Assembly: GCA_040954595.2 (NCBI GenBank) | Contig: CM082579.2 | Coordinates: 1,112,922-1,176,921 of the forward strand | DNA length: 64,000 nt | Direction of reading: 5' to 3' | From: Balanoglossus misakiensis | Taxonomy: Eukaryota > Animalia > Hemichordata | In this document: one piece after another, positions 1-12,526 of the stretch | Numbering within the stretch: the stretch's first letter is position 1 | Layout: each line of letters begins with the position of its first letter | Notes under the pieces: generated by a model | What the model saw: the letters and a program-made list of their open reading frames with translations, nothing else | Databases searched by the model: none | Told to the model about the DNA's origin: nothing | Position numbers and translations under genes: made by a program

Positions 1-540
1 TTATAAGCTTTAAAACCAGGCAAGACGCTGAGGTAAGTCTGATGAAAATGTTCTGTGTTGGTTTTAAGACTGCCTGTCTACAGTACGCCTACTTTTGAAT
101 AAAAGGTTCATAGCCTACTACAGTCCCTACACTGTTACACTCTATTATTAATTAGTTATTCAACATTTTCCTACTGACATTGCAGGCAGCAGTAGCTGGT
201 GCCAAGTTCAATGACAAGACCTTGACATTGAGTTGGTATAAACCACCATCAACTCCAACAGAAGAAGTTTTAGCTCTGGATGACACCGAGGATGTGGAAG
301 ATGATGCAAGTTTTCAGGAGGTATGTACTGAATTGCAAAATGAACATCTTTTTCACAACCAGTATGCACGGGTTGGATGAGTGTGGATTGTTTTTGCGTG
401 TACTAGACCATCTCATATATGTTCTGTATTTTTGTCATCTCAATCACCAGACAATTGAAGAAATAGATGAAGATTTACTTCTGGGAATTGATGATGAGGA
501 TGAAGATGATGAATCTGAAGCCAGGTCATGGAGACGGTGA
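1..540 (+). CDS. RBM26: RNA-binding protein 26/27, last three coding exons (<1-32, 186-320, 451-540)
   Basis: Spliced translation ISFKTRQDAE|AAVAGAKFNDKTLTLSWYKP...SFQE|TIEEIDEDLLLGIDDEDEDDESEARSWRR* matches the C-terminal RRM and acidic tail ending RSWRR of RBM26/27. GT-AG introns at 33-185 and 321-450, both phase 0. Confidence 0.9.
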
Positions 541-3394
541 CCTTTGAACCCAGGTCATGGTGGCAGAGACGTCTGTCACTCATGGAATATTTGGACAACT
601 TTCTCAATCTTTATGAGTGTACTGTGATTTTGAAGTTTTTAATATGCATGGCATTTTGAGAGTAAGATTTGTATAGATTAAATCTTTTCAGCGGACAGGT
701 TTGTTATGTTTTCAAAAAAGGGATTCATTTCTAACGTTATGGTACATAGTACACTCCGATATATGTATGGGATATCAGAAATGAGTGTTTCTGTTTCTTG
801 GTTGTATTTCCGATCCATGTGAATTGAATATTTGAATCTCTGCAGTTCTTGGCAACCGGCACAAGGACAGAATGATATTTTGGGAGTATCAGTACGGTCC
901 TCCTTGCTCATCACAGGCTCTATGCATTATTCAAATGTTCATTCCTGTATGCTGATGAGTGACAACCGTCTTCTTCTTTTATAAAATTTACAATCTTTCC
1001 TTCACAAACTCTAAATTCTTCTAATGGTGTAATTTCAAAAGATTGATAGTGTTAGATATATTCATGTTTTCTCTATGTTCATTCATCATCTCAGGACGAC
1101 TGATGACATCATTGTTGGCTCATTTCCTCATTCTTAAAGTTGTTGATCATAATCCTTCCAGTACAGGGTAATGCTACAAGCTCACTGCATGCGGGTTTGG
1201 CTGTAAGATGATATCGGAGGTTAGAAGAGATCGGACAGACACCAATCAATCAATCAATCAAATTTTCTTAAGATTATACTATTCAGAATTTTCCAGGATA
1301 AACAGTGTGTATTTTGTTGTAGTTTTGGTGGCATATTTAGATCAACTATTGAATAGTTGACAGTGAATAGTTGATATATGCACCATCAAAACCACAACAT
1401 TCATATCGCACCATACTTTGTGTATTATTTTGTGTATTTTACAGTTGAATTATGACTTCAGTAGTTATCTTTGCTTGTAAAGATGAAAAAAAAGATACAG
1501 TGCCTAATGGCACATGGAAGTGGTTCAGTGAAAAGACATGGAGAAAAAAAAGGAAAATGCAATTATATTGCATTGAAAAGAGAGAGAAAAAAAAGATAAC
1601 TGAACCACAATATTGAATAAAAAATGGCCCAACCCCCAACATATGAAAAGAGAATACCGATAAGCTGTGAGAACAGCTGATACCGATATCGCATCACATG
1701 TAAATGTGATGACACTACGCACATGATACAGCACACAAACTGACAGTATATTATACTGTGATGATAGTGAAGAGTGGCATGATGGGTGATGACAGACGGG
1801 TGGGACTGGGAAGAGCTGACTACCAATAGAAGATGGAGAACAGTTCAGTGAGCCACTCTTGATATCGATGTCTAGTGTATGAAGAACAGTGGGAAGATGA
1901 TTGAAGACCGCACCTGACCAGCTGCCATGAGATGGAGAAACAGAATTGCAAAGAACTTCAGCCAGATGCATCTGGTCAGCTGACCTACCCACCCCCACCC
2001 ACCTATCTGCCACTCTTTGTAATCACAGTGTATGCCGTCAAGTATACAGATAAAAAAATTCACACTTACACCGCTCATCACATCACGCATGCTCAGTTAC
2101 TCTCACATGACCAACTTTCAGCCAATCAGGGAAGGTCACCTTTTGCCTTGTGGCTCAGTACTTTTACAGGCGGCACTGCTCGAACATGCTGCTTTCACTT
2201 TGTCATTATAGCAGTTTGCTTTTTCAGTTGCGTATTTGTTTAACTGTTTAGTCACTGAGAGACATAGTGGTAGTGATGGGTAAGCTCAGCGTCGACGTGG
2301 CTGCAACTGGTCAAGTCCAAGATTTTCAAATAAGTATTATTTGAGAATTTATCTCACTCAGAATTTTATTTGGTGACCTAATATTTGCCTTGAGGAGGGA
2401 GAGTTTTATAATGGTTTTTTAGGTGCTTGTTACGGGTAGGGGACAACTCAACAGTGAGAACATTGTCATCTACCGGTATGTCTGGCTGCCATACAGTACA
2501 TAAATCTCATACAATAACAGACCACAAACACATTAATTACATTTAAATATTTACATATTTTATTGATAAATATATTATTATTAAACAGTAAGTTAATGGG
2601 AAACTATGCAAAGAATGACAAATTCTGCTACAATTGAGCGCTGTAAGACATCACAATTTGATCAGCAACATCAATATCGCGACGGAAACTGTATGGCTTC
2701 TGCATTCAAGTCAATTAGGACGGCTTCAACATTGTCTCAGTCGGAACTGAAACATCACAATCTCGGCTAAAAACTTTTGTTGGCTTCAACATTTTTGAGC
2801 TGCTGTAGTTTTTTTTATCCTTTCTGTTTTGTTACTTCTATGTTCTAGGGTTTGTGACTTGTCCTGTCTATTCATAACATCTGGTCTCAAAGGGCTTGTG
2901 TTATATACGCTCGAGCCACCTGAAATAAAGTAGTTGTTTACATACTGTAAATATTTATGACTATACTACTGGCATTATGCCATAATTTATATGAGTATCC
3001 TTCATGACTGTCACATATCTCAATAAATATTCATCTGAATAAAATATGGGCACTGACCTATAAAATATTTTGTCAAATTTGCTGTTGTGGGCCTTCTGTT
3101 TAGCTGTTTCTGAATACCAGTATGCTCAGCTGTTTACTTTGGTTTATGCTTGTGCCACAGTAATTTTTGGTGTCCAGGGATCTTGGAATTGCTGTCTGAG
3201 ACTTGAAGCTGCAATAAAGAAATCTCAATTTAGTCCTGACAGAATTACAATAGTGAAAGAATTTCAATTATTCACAGCATGTCTACCAGGTGTACCAATA
3301 CACATTTCATAGTCTACTGGGGACACTATTTGCAAAGAGTGATACACACCTTTGTGATTATCTTGTTCAAGTTGAGCAAAGGACCAGGTGTTCA

Positions 3395-4660
3395 TTACTT
3401 AAGCCACAGAGGTACATCATTGTCAGCCACTTGTCTGGGGGTAAAGATTATTTTATCGGATGGCTGTGGCCTTTCCGGTGATAAAGTTGACTGCCTTCGA
3501 AGGCCTGTTGTTCTGCGTGACTGTCTTGGTCTAGCTTCTCCGGAAAATGGTGCGGCCTCTTCTGATGGAACTGGTCGTACTGCAGGTTTTACAGATTGCT
3601 TAGAGGATGATTTTGTTTCTCCAAATGGTTCACTTGCTGCAGTTGCAGATGACTGAAGCCACAGAGGTACATCATTGTCAGGCACTTGTCTAGGACTAAA
3701 GATTGTTTTATTTGATGGCTTCGGCCTTTCCGGTGATGTTGGCTGCTGTCGAAGGCCTGTTGTTCTGCGTGACTGTCTTGGTCTAGCTGCTCCAGAAAAT
3801 GGTGTCTCTTCTGATGGAACTGGTCGTACTGCAGCAATGACAGATGGCTTAGAGGATGATGTTGTTTCTCCAAACGGATCACACGTTGCAGTTTTGAATG
3901 AATGAAGCCAATTTGGTACATCATTGTCAGGAAAAAGTTGTCTTGGACTAAAGATTGTTTTATTGGATGGCTTTGGCCTTTCAGGTGATAATATTGGCTG
4001 CTGTCGGAGGCCTGTTGTTCTGCGTGACTGTCTTGGTCTTGCTGCTCCAGAAAATGGCGTCATCTCTTCTGGTGGAACTGGTCGTAGTGCAGCTTTTACA
4101 GATGGCACTGGTCTTACCGCTGCTGAGGAAGATCTACGAGATGGTGCTGCTCCAAATGATGGTTGATAATTTGCCTTTGGTGATGGGCTGCTGGGTGTTG
4201 CTATGTCAACTGATGGCTGAGGTCTTGTTGTTTCCGGAGTTGATTGTTTGGGTCTAATTGTTCTAGAAGGTGCTGTTGTCTCTTGTGATGTCACTGGTCG
4301 TGTTGCTGCCAATGAGGACCTACGAGGTGGCGCAGCTGTTCCAAATGATGGTTGATACGATTTAGGTGATGGGTTGCCAGGTGTTGCTATGTTAAACGAT
4401 GGCCGAGTTTTTGCTTCTTCTGGAGCTGATTGTCTGGGGCCAAACATGTATTCATCTGATGGCTTCAGTCCTTGATCTGATGATGTTGACTGCTGTCGGA
4501 GGCCTGTTGTCCTGCGTGACTGTCTGGGTCTAGCTGCTCCAGAAAGTGGTACCTCTTCTGATGGAAATGGTCGTACTGCTGCAGGTTCTACAAATGGCTG
4601 AGAGGATGTTGTTCCTCTTTCAAATGGTGCACATGCCACAGGTGTTGATGGTCGCAGCCA
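3395..4660 (-). repeat. Coding repeat of ~80 aa (~240 bp) with four copies of the core [19 protein letters not shown], in the last kinase coding exon
   Basis: Core ggcctgttgt(t/c)ctgcgtgactgtct recurs near 3500, 3755, 4010 and 4500 on the + strand. Seen directly in ORF 3395..5275. Confidence 0.9.
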
Positions 4661-7600
4661 CTCTGGTAATGAATTCTGTTTGGGTGCCTTTTCATCTATT
4701 GGCTGAGATTTTGCTGACAAGGCTGGTCTTTGATAAGGTTTTGTGTCAACAGGTAGCTGTGTTGCTGGTTGTGATGCCGGCTTTTGGCATATTGCTGTGT
4801 CCACAGATGGCTGAGGTCTTGTCTGTGATACTGGACTGACCTGCACATGTGTTTTTGGAGATTGTGGCGGTGATGTCGGCTTTTGGCAGAGTGGTGTTTC
4901 GACTAATGTCTCACTTCTTGTTGGTGACGTTGGTCTTTGTGAACAGACATTTTCAATTTCTGGCTGAGATATTGGTGATGATACTGGCCAATCAAGAAAA
5001 GGTTCAATTTCAACTTGTATCTGAGACGATGGCTTTGGTTCTGGCGGTGATGTTGGTCTTTCGCTGTGACCTAGTGTCTTGACCGATGGCTGGGGGTTTA
5101 GTGGTGTTGAACTATGAAGGTGGCTTTTTACCAGTTGGTCAGACTTTGGTGATGTTGATTTGAGGTGATGGTCAGAGTCAGCTGACTGCCCAGATTTTAG
5201 ACACGATGCCAGTGGTTTTTCTTCACTGGTTTGGTGCTGGCTTGGTTTTAACTGTGTCTTGCAGTTGGCACACAATACTGTTGAAGAAGAACCATGCTTA
5301 TAAGTTTCATGTCCTCAATGTACACATGATAGCTAGTTTGCACCATGAGGAAAAAGCGTATACTTGCCTACATTAGGATCTTTATCACGCAGCAATTCAA
5401 AGGAGTCCTCTAGGAGTTTAACATAAGGTGACCTTCTTGGTGAAATGCTGGCCACTGTTTTAAAGTCACGTCCAGCCTTTGATTGCTTTACTCTGTGGTT
5501 CTCTGCAGAATAATCATAAACGAAAAAAATTATCAATGATATATAAAGGACTGCTTGTAACCAGCATTAAATTTAAAGTGTGTCAACAAGACATTGTACT
5601 TGTTTATCAATTGGTATCTCATAAGATACTTGTTGATTTAGATTATCTAGTTTTCAAACATGAAAAACACTATCTTCAATATCAAGTTCTCGGCAGAATT
5701 TACTAGTCCTACCTGTGCTTTGTTTTTTTGGAGACTGTGATGGAAATACTACTTCGCCCGGTGATATTGATCCTTCAGAAGGTGACATCGATTCATCACA
5801 AGGCAATAAGAAGCGTACATGTTTCTCTGCAACTGTAAATGAAACTCACAGAATTACACAAAGATCATTCAGTGTACAACATCATAAGGCAGGCATCATC
5901 CATCAAATATGAATTATCTTTTGTGTAGATTAATTGGTGTATGAAAATCTGAGAATGACTGGTGATGGACAGACAGGCCGATCGGTGGACAAAGCTTAAC
6001 TATGTTCTCCAGAAGATTTTAAGTACCACACCTGATGAAAATTTTATGACTAACCATGAAAGACTAACATGTATACCTACCTTTAGTATCATTGATGGCA
6101 TCTTTTTTCTTTGGTGTTCTTTCTTTCTTTGGATACTGATGGTAGTATGTCATTGGATTGGTGAAACTAATTGCTAGTCTACTTTTTCTGATTAACCTTC
6201 GGACATCGTCATCACTGGCACGTCCTTTACTTTTAGGTCCTTTATTTCGATCCTTGTCACTTTTATCTGTGGCAACAGCCTCGCAGCCTTTTGCAGCTTT
6301 TTGCTCCTCAGCTTTGGCTACTGGTGCCTGCATTGCAGCCTTTTGTTCCTTTGCTTCACGTACCGGCATCTTGGCCTTCTCCTCCTTAACTTCAGTTACC
6401 GGCATCTTGGCCTTCTCCTCCTTAACTTCAGTTACCGGCATCTTGGCCTTCTCCTCCTTAACTTCAGTTACCGGCATCTTGGCCTTCTCCTCCTTAGCTT
6501 CAGTTACCGGCATCTTGGCCTTCTCCTCCTTAGCTTCAGTTACCGGCATCTTGGCCTTCTCCTCCTTAACTTCAGTTACCGGCATCTTGGCCTTCTCCTC
6601 CTTAGCTTCAGTTACCGGCATCTTGGCCTTCTCCTCCTTCACTTCAGGTACCGGCATCTTGGCCTTCTCCTCCTTCACTTCACGTACCGGCATCTTGGCC
6701 TTCTCCTCCTTAGCTTCAGTTACCGGCATCTTGGCCTTCTCCTCCTTAGCTTCAGGTACCGGCATCTTGGCCTTCTCCTCCTTAACTTCAGTTACCGGCA
6801 TCTTGGCCTTCTCCTCCTTAGCTTCAGTTACCGGCATCTTGGCCTTCTCCTCCTTCACTTCAGGTACCGGCATCTTGGCCTTCTCCTCCTTAGCTTCAGG
6901 TACTGGCATTGTAGGGTTTGACTTTTGGACACCAGGTGCCTGCACCACAATCTTTCCATCAGCTGGCTGCATCACACTCTCTTCCTTCCTGACAAATTCT
7001 TCCTGGGGCTTCTCAACTTTGGATTCCATGGCGACAGAATCACTGGCCTCCTTTGTCATATCCAGCTGTCCATTTTGGGGATCTCTAGCTACTGATGCTG
7101 GGCAAACAGCAATAGCCGTAGCCTGAGCGGTGGGCTGAGCTGCATCTTCTGCAGTCTGTTGCACCTTGGCATCTGCTTGTAAGTCTCCTTGTCCTTGCTT
7201 GACAGACATTGCTCGTGTATTACTTTCTGAACTGATGAATGGATGAGAGAGAGCTGTTTGTGGAGTGATTCTTTCATCATCAAAATAAGTCAGCATTCTG
7301 TAGGATGTAAATAAAGAACAAACAAATTAATAAAGTGTACATAAAATTTTATTTCACCTGAAACATTTAAGGACAAATTAAATTTATATTTGGAGGAAAC
7401 ATGCTAGGAACATTACAGAGACTTACAATCTATTTAAGACATGTTCTTTCAATTCTGTTTTTTATTAGGATCATTACACTACAACCTTGCCTATGTGTGT
7501 CACATTAATGGACAAAAATTTACTTTCTGAACTGGCGATTAACACTGAAATTGCACTCTCTCAGGTATAATTCACAGGCCTTTTTATTCTTGGATAATAA

Positions 7601-10600
7601 CTTAGCATTTAACCTTACAACAAAATCTAACAATCATCTTATTTAATCTTTATTAGCTCCTGTAACTAACCTACAGTTAAAATTGTTTAAAAAATTACAC
7701 ATTTTGAAGTAATTATTTTTCGGTATCTTAGATGATATTCCCATGCATAACTAGACTTTTTTTTAAATGTACATCAATCTATTGATTGCTAAGACTCGTG
7801 TATTTACATCTGTTATACCTACAACTGACGATAAAAATCTAAAATATTTTTCAAACACTACTACGACTGATGTAATCCTACTTTATTTTGCCTACAACTA
7901 ACCTTTTCACCAAATCAAAATAATTGTCAAAGTCCTTCCTGTCAGGTTTGCGACCAGACCTACTCCTAAGAGCATCATCGTATCTAATTCTTTGTTCTAA
8001 TGGACTAGTCTGTGGCCTTGCCTAAAAATGGGGGGTCAATATTGCAATTATTCCTTCACCTAGCTTTCATAAATTCAACACAAAACAAAAGTTTAGTCTA
8101 GCTAGCAGTCATCATGTGTTATCAATGTTTAAATGAAAATATCTCAATTTTAATTAGAACAGCTTGAGAAATGTTCACCTGTAATTGGTGTCGTGCTGCA
8201 TTGTAACTATGCTTTTGAACACAACAACCAAAGAAGTGTGAAACTATAGGCAAGAATTTATTATTCAGATACTCACCCTTGGTCCACCCCGTACACATCT
8301 AACTACGAACTTTCCAGTCGGCGTTTTTTGAAAGAAGTATTTGGTGTTTATTCCATTGAGCAGAATTGGTTTGGGTACATTGCCCAAAACCTCAATGTAC
8401 AGTCTTACCAGTTGTAACTGTGAAGGGATGAAAACATCATGTTTTATCAAAGATAACAATTTCTAATATATACTTTATTGTTCTCAGACTATATGAAGCA
8501 GAAACTCCATGGCATTCAATGATGATGTACCCATCAGGCTTAACCCTTTCCCCATGGTACCATCATGATTTGGTCCAAATCCCTTATTTTCTCTGCCAGA
8601 GTTAGAGGGAAATGTGGGTTAAAGGGTTAAACTATATGTCCTGACCAGGGTCCTGCTGAGAATGCATCTCTGTGATGTCTGTCATTCACAAGAGATTTGG
8701 CCAATATCACTGACAGCTCTCATAGCTGATTTCAGTGCTGCTGGATGTAGAGCAAGAAAATGTAGTTGATGCCCAGAAAGTCAAACTTACCGGTGTGGGT
8801 GCTTGAAAAAGGATTTTGCCAGTGAACATTTCATACAAAATGGTGCCAAGACTCCACATATCAATTGCAGTATTGTAGTCTGTTCCGAAGGTTATTTCAG
8901 GAGCTCTGTACCACCGAGTTTGCATGTTGTCTCCTTTTTTCTGTTGGTTACAAAACAAGCACAAGATTTGGTGTTATCAGAAATTATATCTCGCAAAGTT
9001 AGGAGTTGATTTTCAAATTTCAATCATACGTGAGTTAATGACAAAACTGAAGGTCCACTTACACACTGATTCTTGCGCCGAGCAAGACCAAAATCGATGA
9101 TTTTGACATCAACCTTCTTTGGATGTCTCAACATGATGTTGTCTGACTTCAGGTCACAATGGACGAGTCCCACACTTGGACTGTTCAGAAAATCCAGTGC
9201 TTCCAACACCTGTTTGGTGATAGTTTTCACCAAACCCAGGTTCAGTTTCTTGTCTTTCACTCTTCGGACAAGATCACGTAGACTGAGTGAGTATAGCGGC
9301 AGAGTGATGCACAGCGAGTTTTTATAATGAAACGCTGATTCCATCATCACTAAGAAAAATTGAATCACACCAGAAAAAAAGTCTTAACATACTGTATGAT
9401 ATAGTCTCAGCTACAAACAGATAGGCAGTTTCTCTGTTAAGTCTTGACCATTGTTTACACACTTGTTTTCAACTAAAGATAAAACATGATATTATGTGTT
9501 AATAATGATTATTACCTGTATGTACATTATGTTCAGGCATATTTTGGTTGATCCAGTCGAGCATTTTCACCTCAATTCTCAGCACCTTATTCTTTCTCTC
9601 TTGTTTCTCCAGTTCAATTATTTTCATGGCCTTCTCCATCTTTGTTTTCTGGTCCCAGACTTTCACAACCTGCAGAGAAATCATATTATTCAATCTCACT
9701 GCATAGAAAATTGGACGTAAGACACTATTAATGGCTGTAGTATAGAGTAAACAGTTGTTAGTTTGTGGAATGAAAGACTTACCACTCCATATCCTCCACG
9801 TCCAAGGGTTTCCTTGACAACATAACGTTTAAGGTAAACGGTTCCCACATCAAACCTTGGCGTCTTGTGTAGTTCATGTCCAAGAGTGGGAGTCTTCATG
9901 CGTGGGATGTCTGGTGTCTCTGGAGTCAGAGAATGTGTTTCTTCTGCGCCAAGCTTCTTGAACCTCAGGTTTGGTTTGATATAACGGGGTCTTGTTAGCT
10001 TTTCAGTGGGTGGTCTTGGCATCAATGATGGTGAGGCTACTCTACCCGCAGAAGTATCTGAAACTGGTTTTGGACTGGTTGGTTTTTCAATTGGCTTTGG
10101 AGACTCTGGTTGAGCAATCTCTTTACCAGTAGCATCAGCAGTCGGTTTTGGAAGAAGTCTTGGAGACACTGCCTTGTCAGCTGACTTGATGGTAAAAGCA
10201 GGCTTTGGAAGATGTCTCGGAGACATTGGTTTAGCAGCACTTTTACATGCAGCTGCAGCAGCGGCTAGTTTTTTGACTTCTTCCTTTATAGCATTCAAGT
10301 AGATCGTTGAACGCGATAGCATCATATATCTGCCAGGTTCTCTGGCAAATAGAGAGGTTGAAGTTGGAGTCTCAGTCTCAGCAACTGACCGATTGGAAGA
10401 AGTTGCAGGCTCTGATGCTAGCCAGGCCAGGGTTTTACCAGCAGAAGCTGTAAAACGCGGTGGTATTGGAGACATTGGTTCAGAATCAGATGATCTGGAA
10501 TCACCTTTTCCTTTTGGCTTGCCAGCTGCAGTCATTGACCTGGTCTCCTGCAGTGGCTTGGAGAACTGTTGATCAAAAAGTACATCTTTCAGTGTAGTGA

Positions 10601-11010
10601 AACACAGTTCACATGAAAAGAAAACTGTTTCAGTGACATGACATATGGTTCTGAGAAAGACTTTGCATAATAACAAGAAATTTTCTGTGGAATATAAAAG
10701 CAACCTGTTGAAGATTAATGGAAAGTTCTAGGTACCTTCATATCTCCATTCTTCAGAGTCTCAACAGATTCTCCCATTGGTACAAAAACCACCGGGGCTT
10801 TTCTCAGGGATCCTGTAGTAAGGAAGACATTTACAAATAACAACTATCAATAAATTAATGATATGATTATTGTTATCAAAAACAGTATGCTCTCTAAACT
10901 CACTCGAATCGACGCAGCGAACAGATCCGGCCGCAAACGAAGAGAAAAATATTAAATAGTTGCCCCTTACAAATGTTGGTTTACAACTTAGACTTTTACT
11001 TACGATCCAT
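3395..11010 (-). CDS. Divergent DYRK/HIPK-like CMGC Ser/Thr kinase, ~1690 aa, 12 coding exons
   Basis: Exons: 11010-11004, 10812-10736, 10565-9783, 9669-9516, 9349-9063, 8940-8791, 8417-8277, 8021-7903, 7297-6081, 5832-5713, 5502-5368, 5277-3395 (5073 nt, phases consistent). Motifs [60 protein letters not shown]. The first two exons and the exact C-terminus are less certain. Confidence 0.85.
5278..5367 (-). other. GC-AG intron (90 nt) in the kinase gene
   Basis: Donor AG|GCAAGT at 5367 and acceptor cttcaacag| at 5278. The downstream exon needs a phase-1 join; the two nearest GT donors give phase 0 or 2. Confidence 0.7.
6335..6910 (-). repeat. Coding minisatellite: 16 x 36 bp encoding MPV(T/P/R)E(A/V)KEEKAK
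   Basis: Unit taccggcatcttggccttctcctcctta(a/g)cttcagt on +, tandem with no spacers. In frame in kinase exon 9; 16 MPV units counted in the translation. Confidence 0.97.
8540..8630. mobile_element. Short TTAA-flanked MITE (piggyBac-like CCCTT...AAGGG ends) in a kinase intron
   Basis: ttaa-CCCTTT...AAAGGG-ttaa. Internal sequence (acca.catg.tttggtccaaatcc) is shared with the copy at ~49700. Confidence 0.6.
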
Positions 11011-11642
11011 ATCTTTTCTCGAGATATTCATCAGGAAGGATGAATTTGTTTTGAAGAAAATGTGGAAGAGTTTTCTCACAGCGATGTGTCTGATGCGCGC
11101 ATCAAAATCACTATGAAGTATTTGTGTAGAACAATATTCGACTACCATGGATACAGAACGTCATCAATGATCATTGTTGTCAGGTGACGACGACGACGCG
11201 GACGCGCGGCCACGCGATTTCTCGTCGGACTTGTTGTCAGAGAGAAAAGATGACTGAAAAGTTCAAAACTACGGCGAAAAGCAAGAGTTGGAGTTGCAAA
11301 ACTAAACAACAATACTGACAACGACGTCTGGCATCACAACTTACCAGTACGGCAGAAAACCATCCCGTACAAAATCAGTGAGCAAGTCCCTCATCATCTC
11401 TTTCTCCGGTTCTGTGTGTATCATCTTCATCCGCATGATGTCCATTGTCGCAATGCAAAACACAACACGATTCCACCCAGCACACTCGATGGACGGTCAC
11501 ATTTACTTCCATGGCATCATGCATCTCCATTTTACCACTGTATACTGTAGTCGGTTCGAAAAAAAATCCGTGTCAATCGCTCATGGTACGATTTCATCAC
11601 TGCGCATCGTGTACATAGGGCCTAGGTGCCAATAAGATGGCA

Positions 11643-11658
11643 TGCACCCTCTAGCGTC
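11643..11658 (-). promoter_or_regulatory. CTCF-like motif between the divergent kinase and FGF-A promoters
   Basis: Minus strand GACGCTAGAGGGTGCA resembles the CTCF core CCASYAGRKGGCRS. Motif match only. Confidence 0.3.
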
Positions 11659-12434
11659 AGATTAGCACTGAATAACTCTTGGATCAGGAGTGATCTTCCA
11701 TCAAGAGTTAATCCACTCTATTGAAATCACCACCTCGGTATCACTAGTCACTGGATCACAGCAACATCACTGTCATTCATTTCTTTAAAGACAAATTTTA
11801 TGTTACCCGAAAGTTTACAGTTATGCTGTTTCCCGGACGACAGAAATATTATCCCATGGCGGTGAATCAAATAAAATGCCAGATGTTTGATATTTTCCTT
11901 CGGAGTTATTTTTCATATTTTAAAGCAAATATTGACCACCTTGAAAATGACCGCCACCGGAGATCGTTATTAATCCTTAGTTTGCAGAATATCGACAATG
12001 TGCTATTCATGGCGAATGGTTTCTATACATTCCTCAATATAACCCTCCCCGGAGCCATGGCTGCTTCATGAAACATAAATAAGCTAAATATTATAAAATA
12101 TGGCCTCTGTGTTTCATCACTTCTGCGGCGTTGCACTTGTCTACTTGTCTAGAGGAATTCACATTGATGGCCAATCCCAACCAGATGTTTCACCAACCGA
12201 CATGAACCCTATATGAACACACATGTACAGAGACAAGTGCACAGTGATAGACTGCATTTTGTTGTTTGTTTTGCTTGACAACAGAGGCTCACAAATTAAT
12301 CCAGCTTTGGGTTATCAATACCCTTTAACCCAAGAAGAAACTTTTTTCATCCGCCAACTTTTCTTTGGTTTACTTTTGCCTTGAAGAAAGAATTTTGAAA
12401 TAGTGGCGTCACCAACCTCCCGGAACTCCAACAG

Positions 12435-12442
12435 TATATATA
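12435..12442 (+). promoter_or_regulatory. Candidate TATA box of FGF-A
   Basis: TATATATA ~90 nt upstream of the ATG at 12527. Confidence 0.35.
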
Positions 12443-12526
12443 GATGCGACACAAATTTGAACAGGTAGACTTATTGATCAATACCAGTACACAGAGAAAA
12501 GCCCCCTCCCAACGACAGTGTCCAAA

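Noticed and set aside
1439-2243. ORF cluster between RBM26 and the kinase 3' end
   Set aside because: Overlapping low-complexity ORFs on both strands with no family motifs; probably UTR or intergenic.
3279-5082. Several + strand ORFs with repeated [12 protein letters not shown]
   Set aside because: Antisense shadows of the kinase's repeated terminal exon.
6335-6910. 36-bp repeats as a CRISPR array
   Set aside because: Units are directly tandem with no spacers, lie in frame in a eukaryotic exon, and no cas genes are present.
6158-7126. Long + strand ORFs (322 aa and 206 aa) with hydrophobic repeats
   Set aside because: Antisense shadows of the stop-free 36-bp repeat; the minus frame is the one spliced into the kinase.
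10566-10703. N-terminus of ORF 9696..10703 (MLLYSTEN...) as the kinase start
   Set aside because: It begins at TTG and reads like intron sequence; a splice model using the acceptor at 10566 and ATG 11010 fits better.
11340-11635. Short ORFs and a GTAAGT donor upstream of the kinase
   Set aside because: No recognisable protein, and the donor phase does not match the next exon; at most a non-coding alternative first exon.
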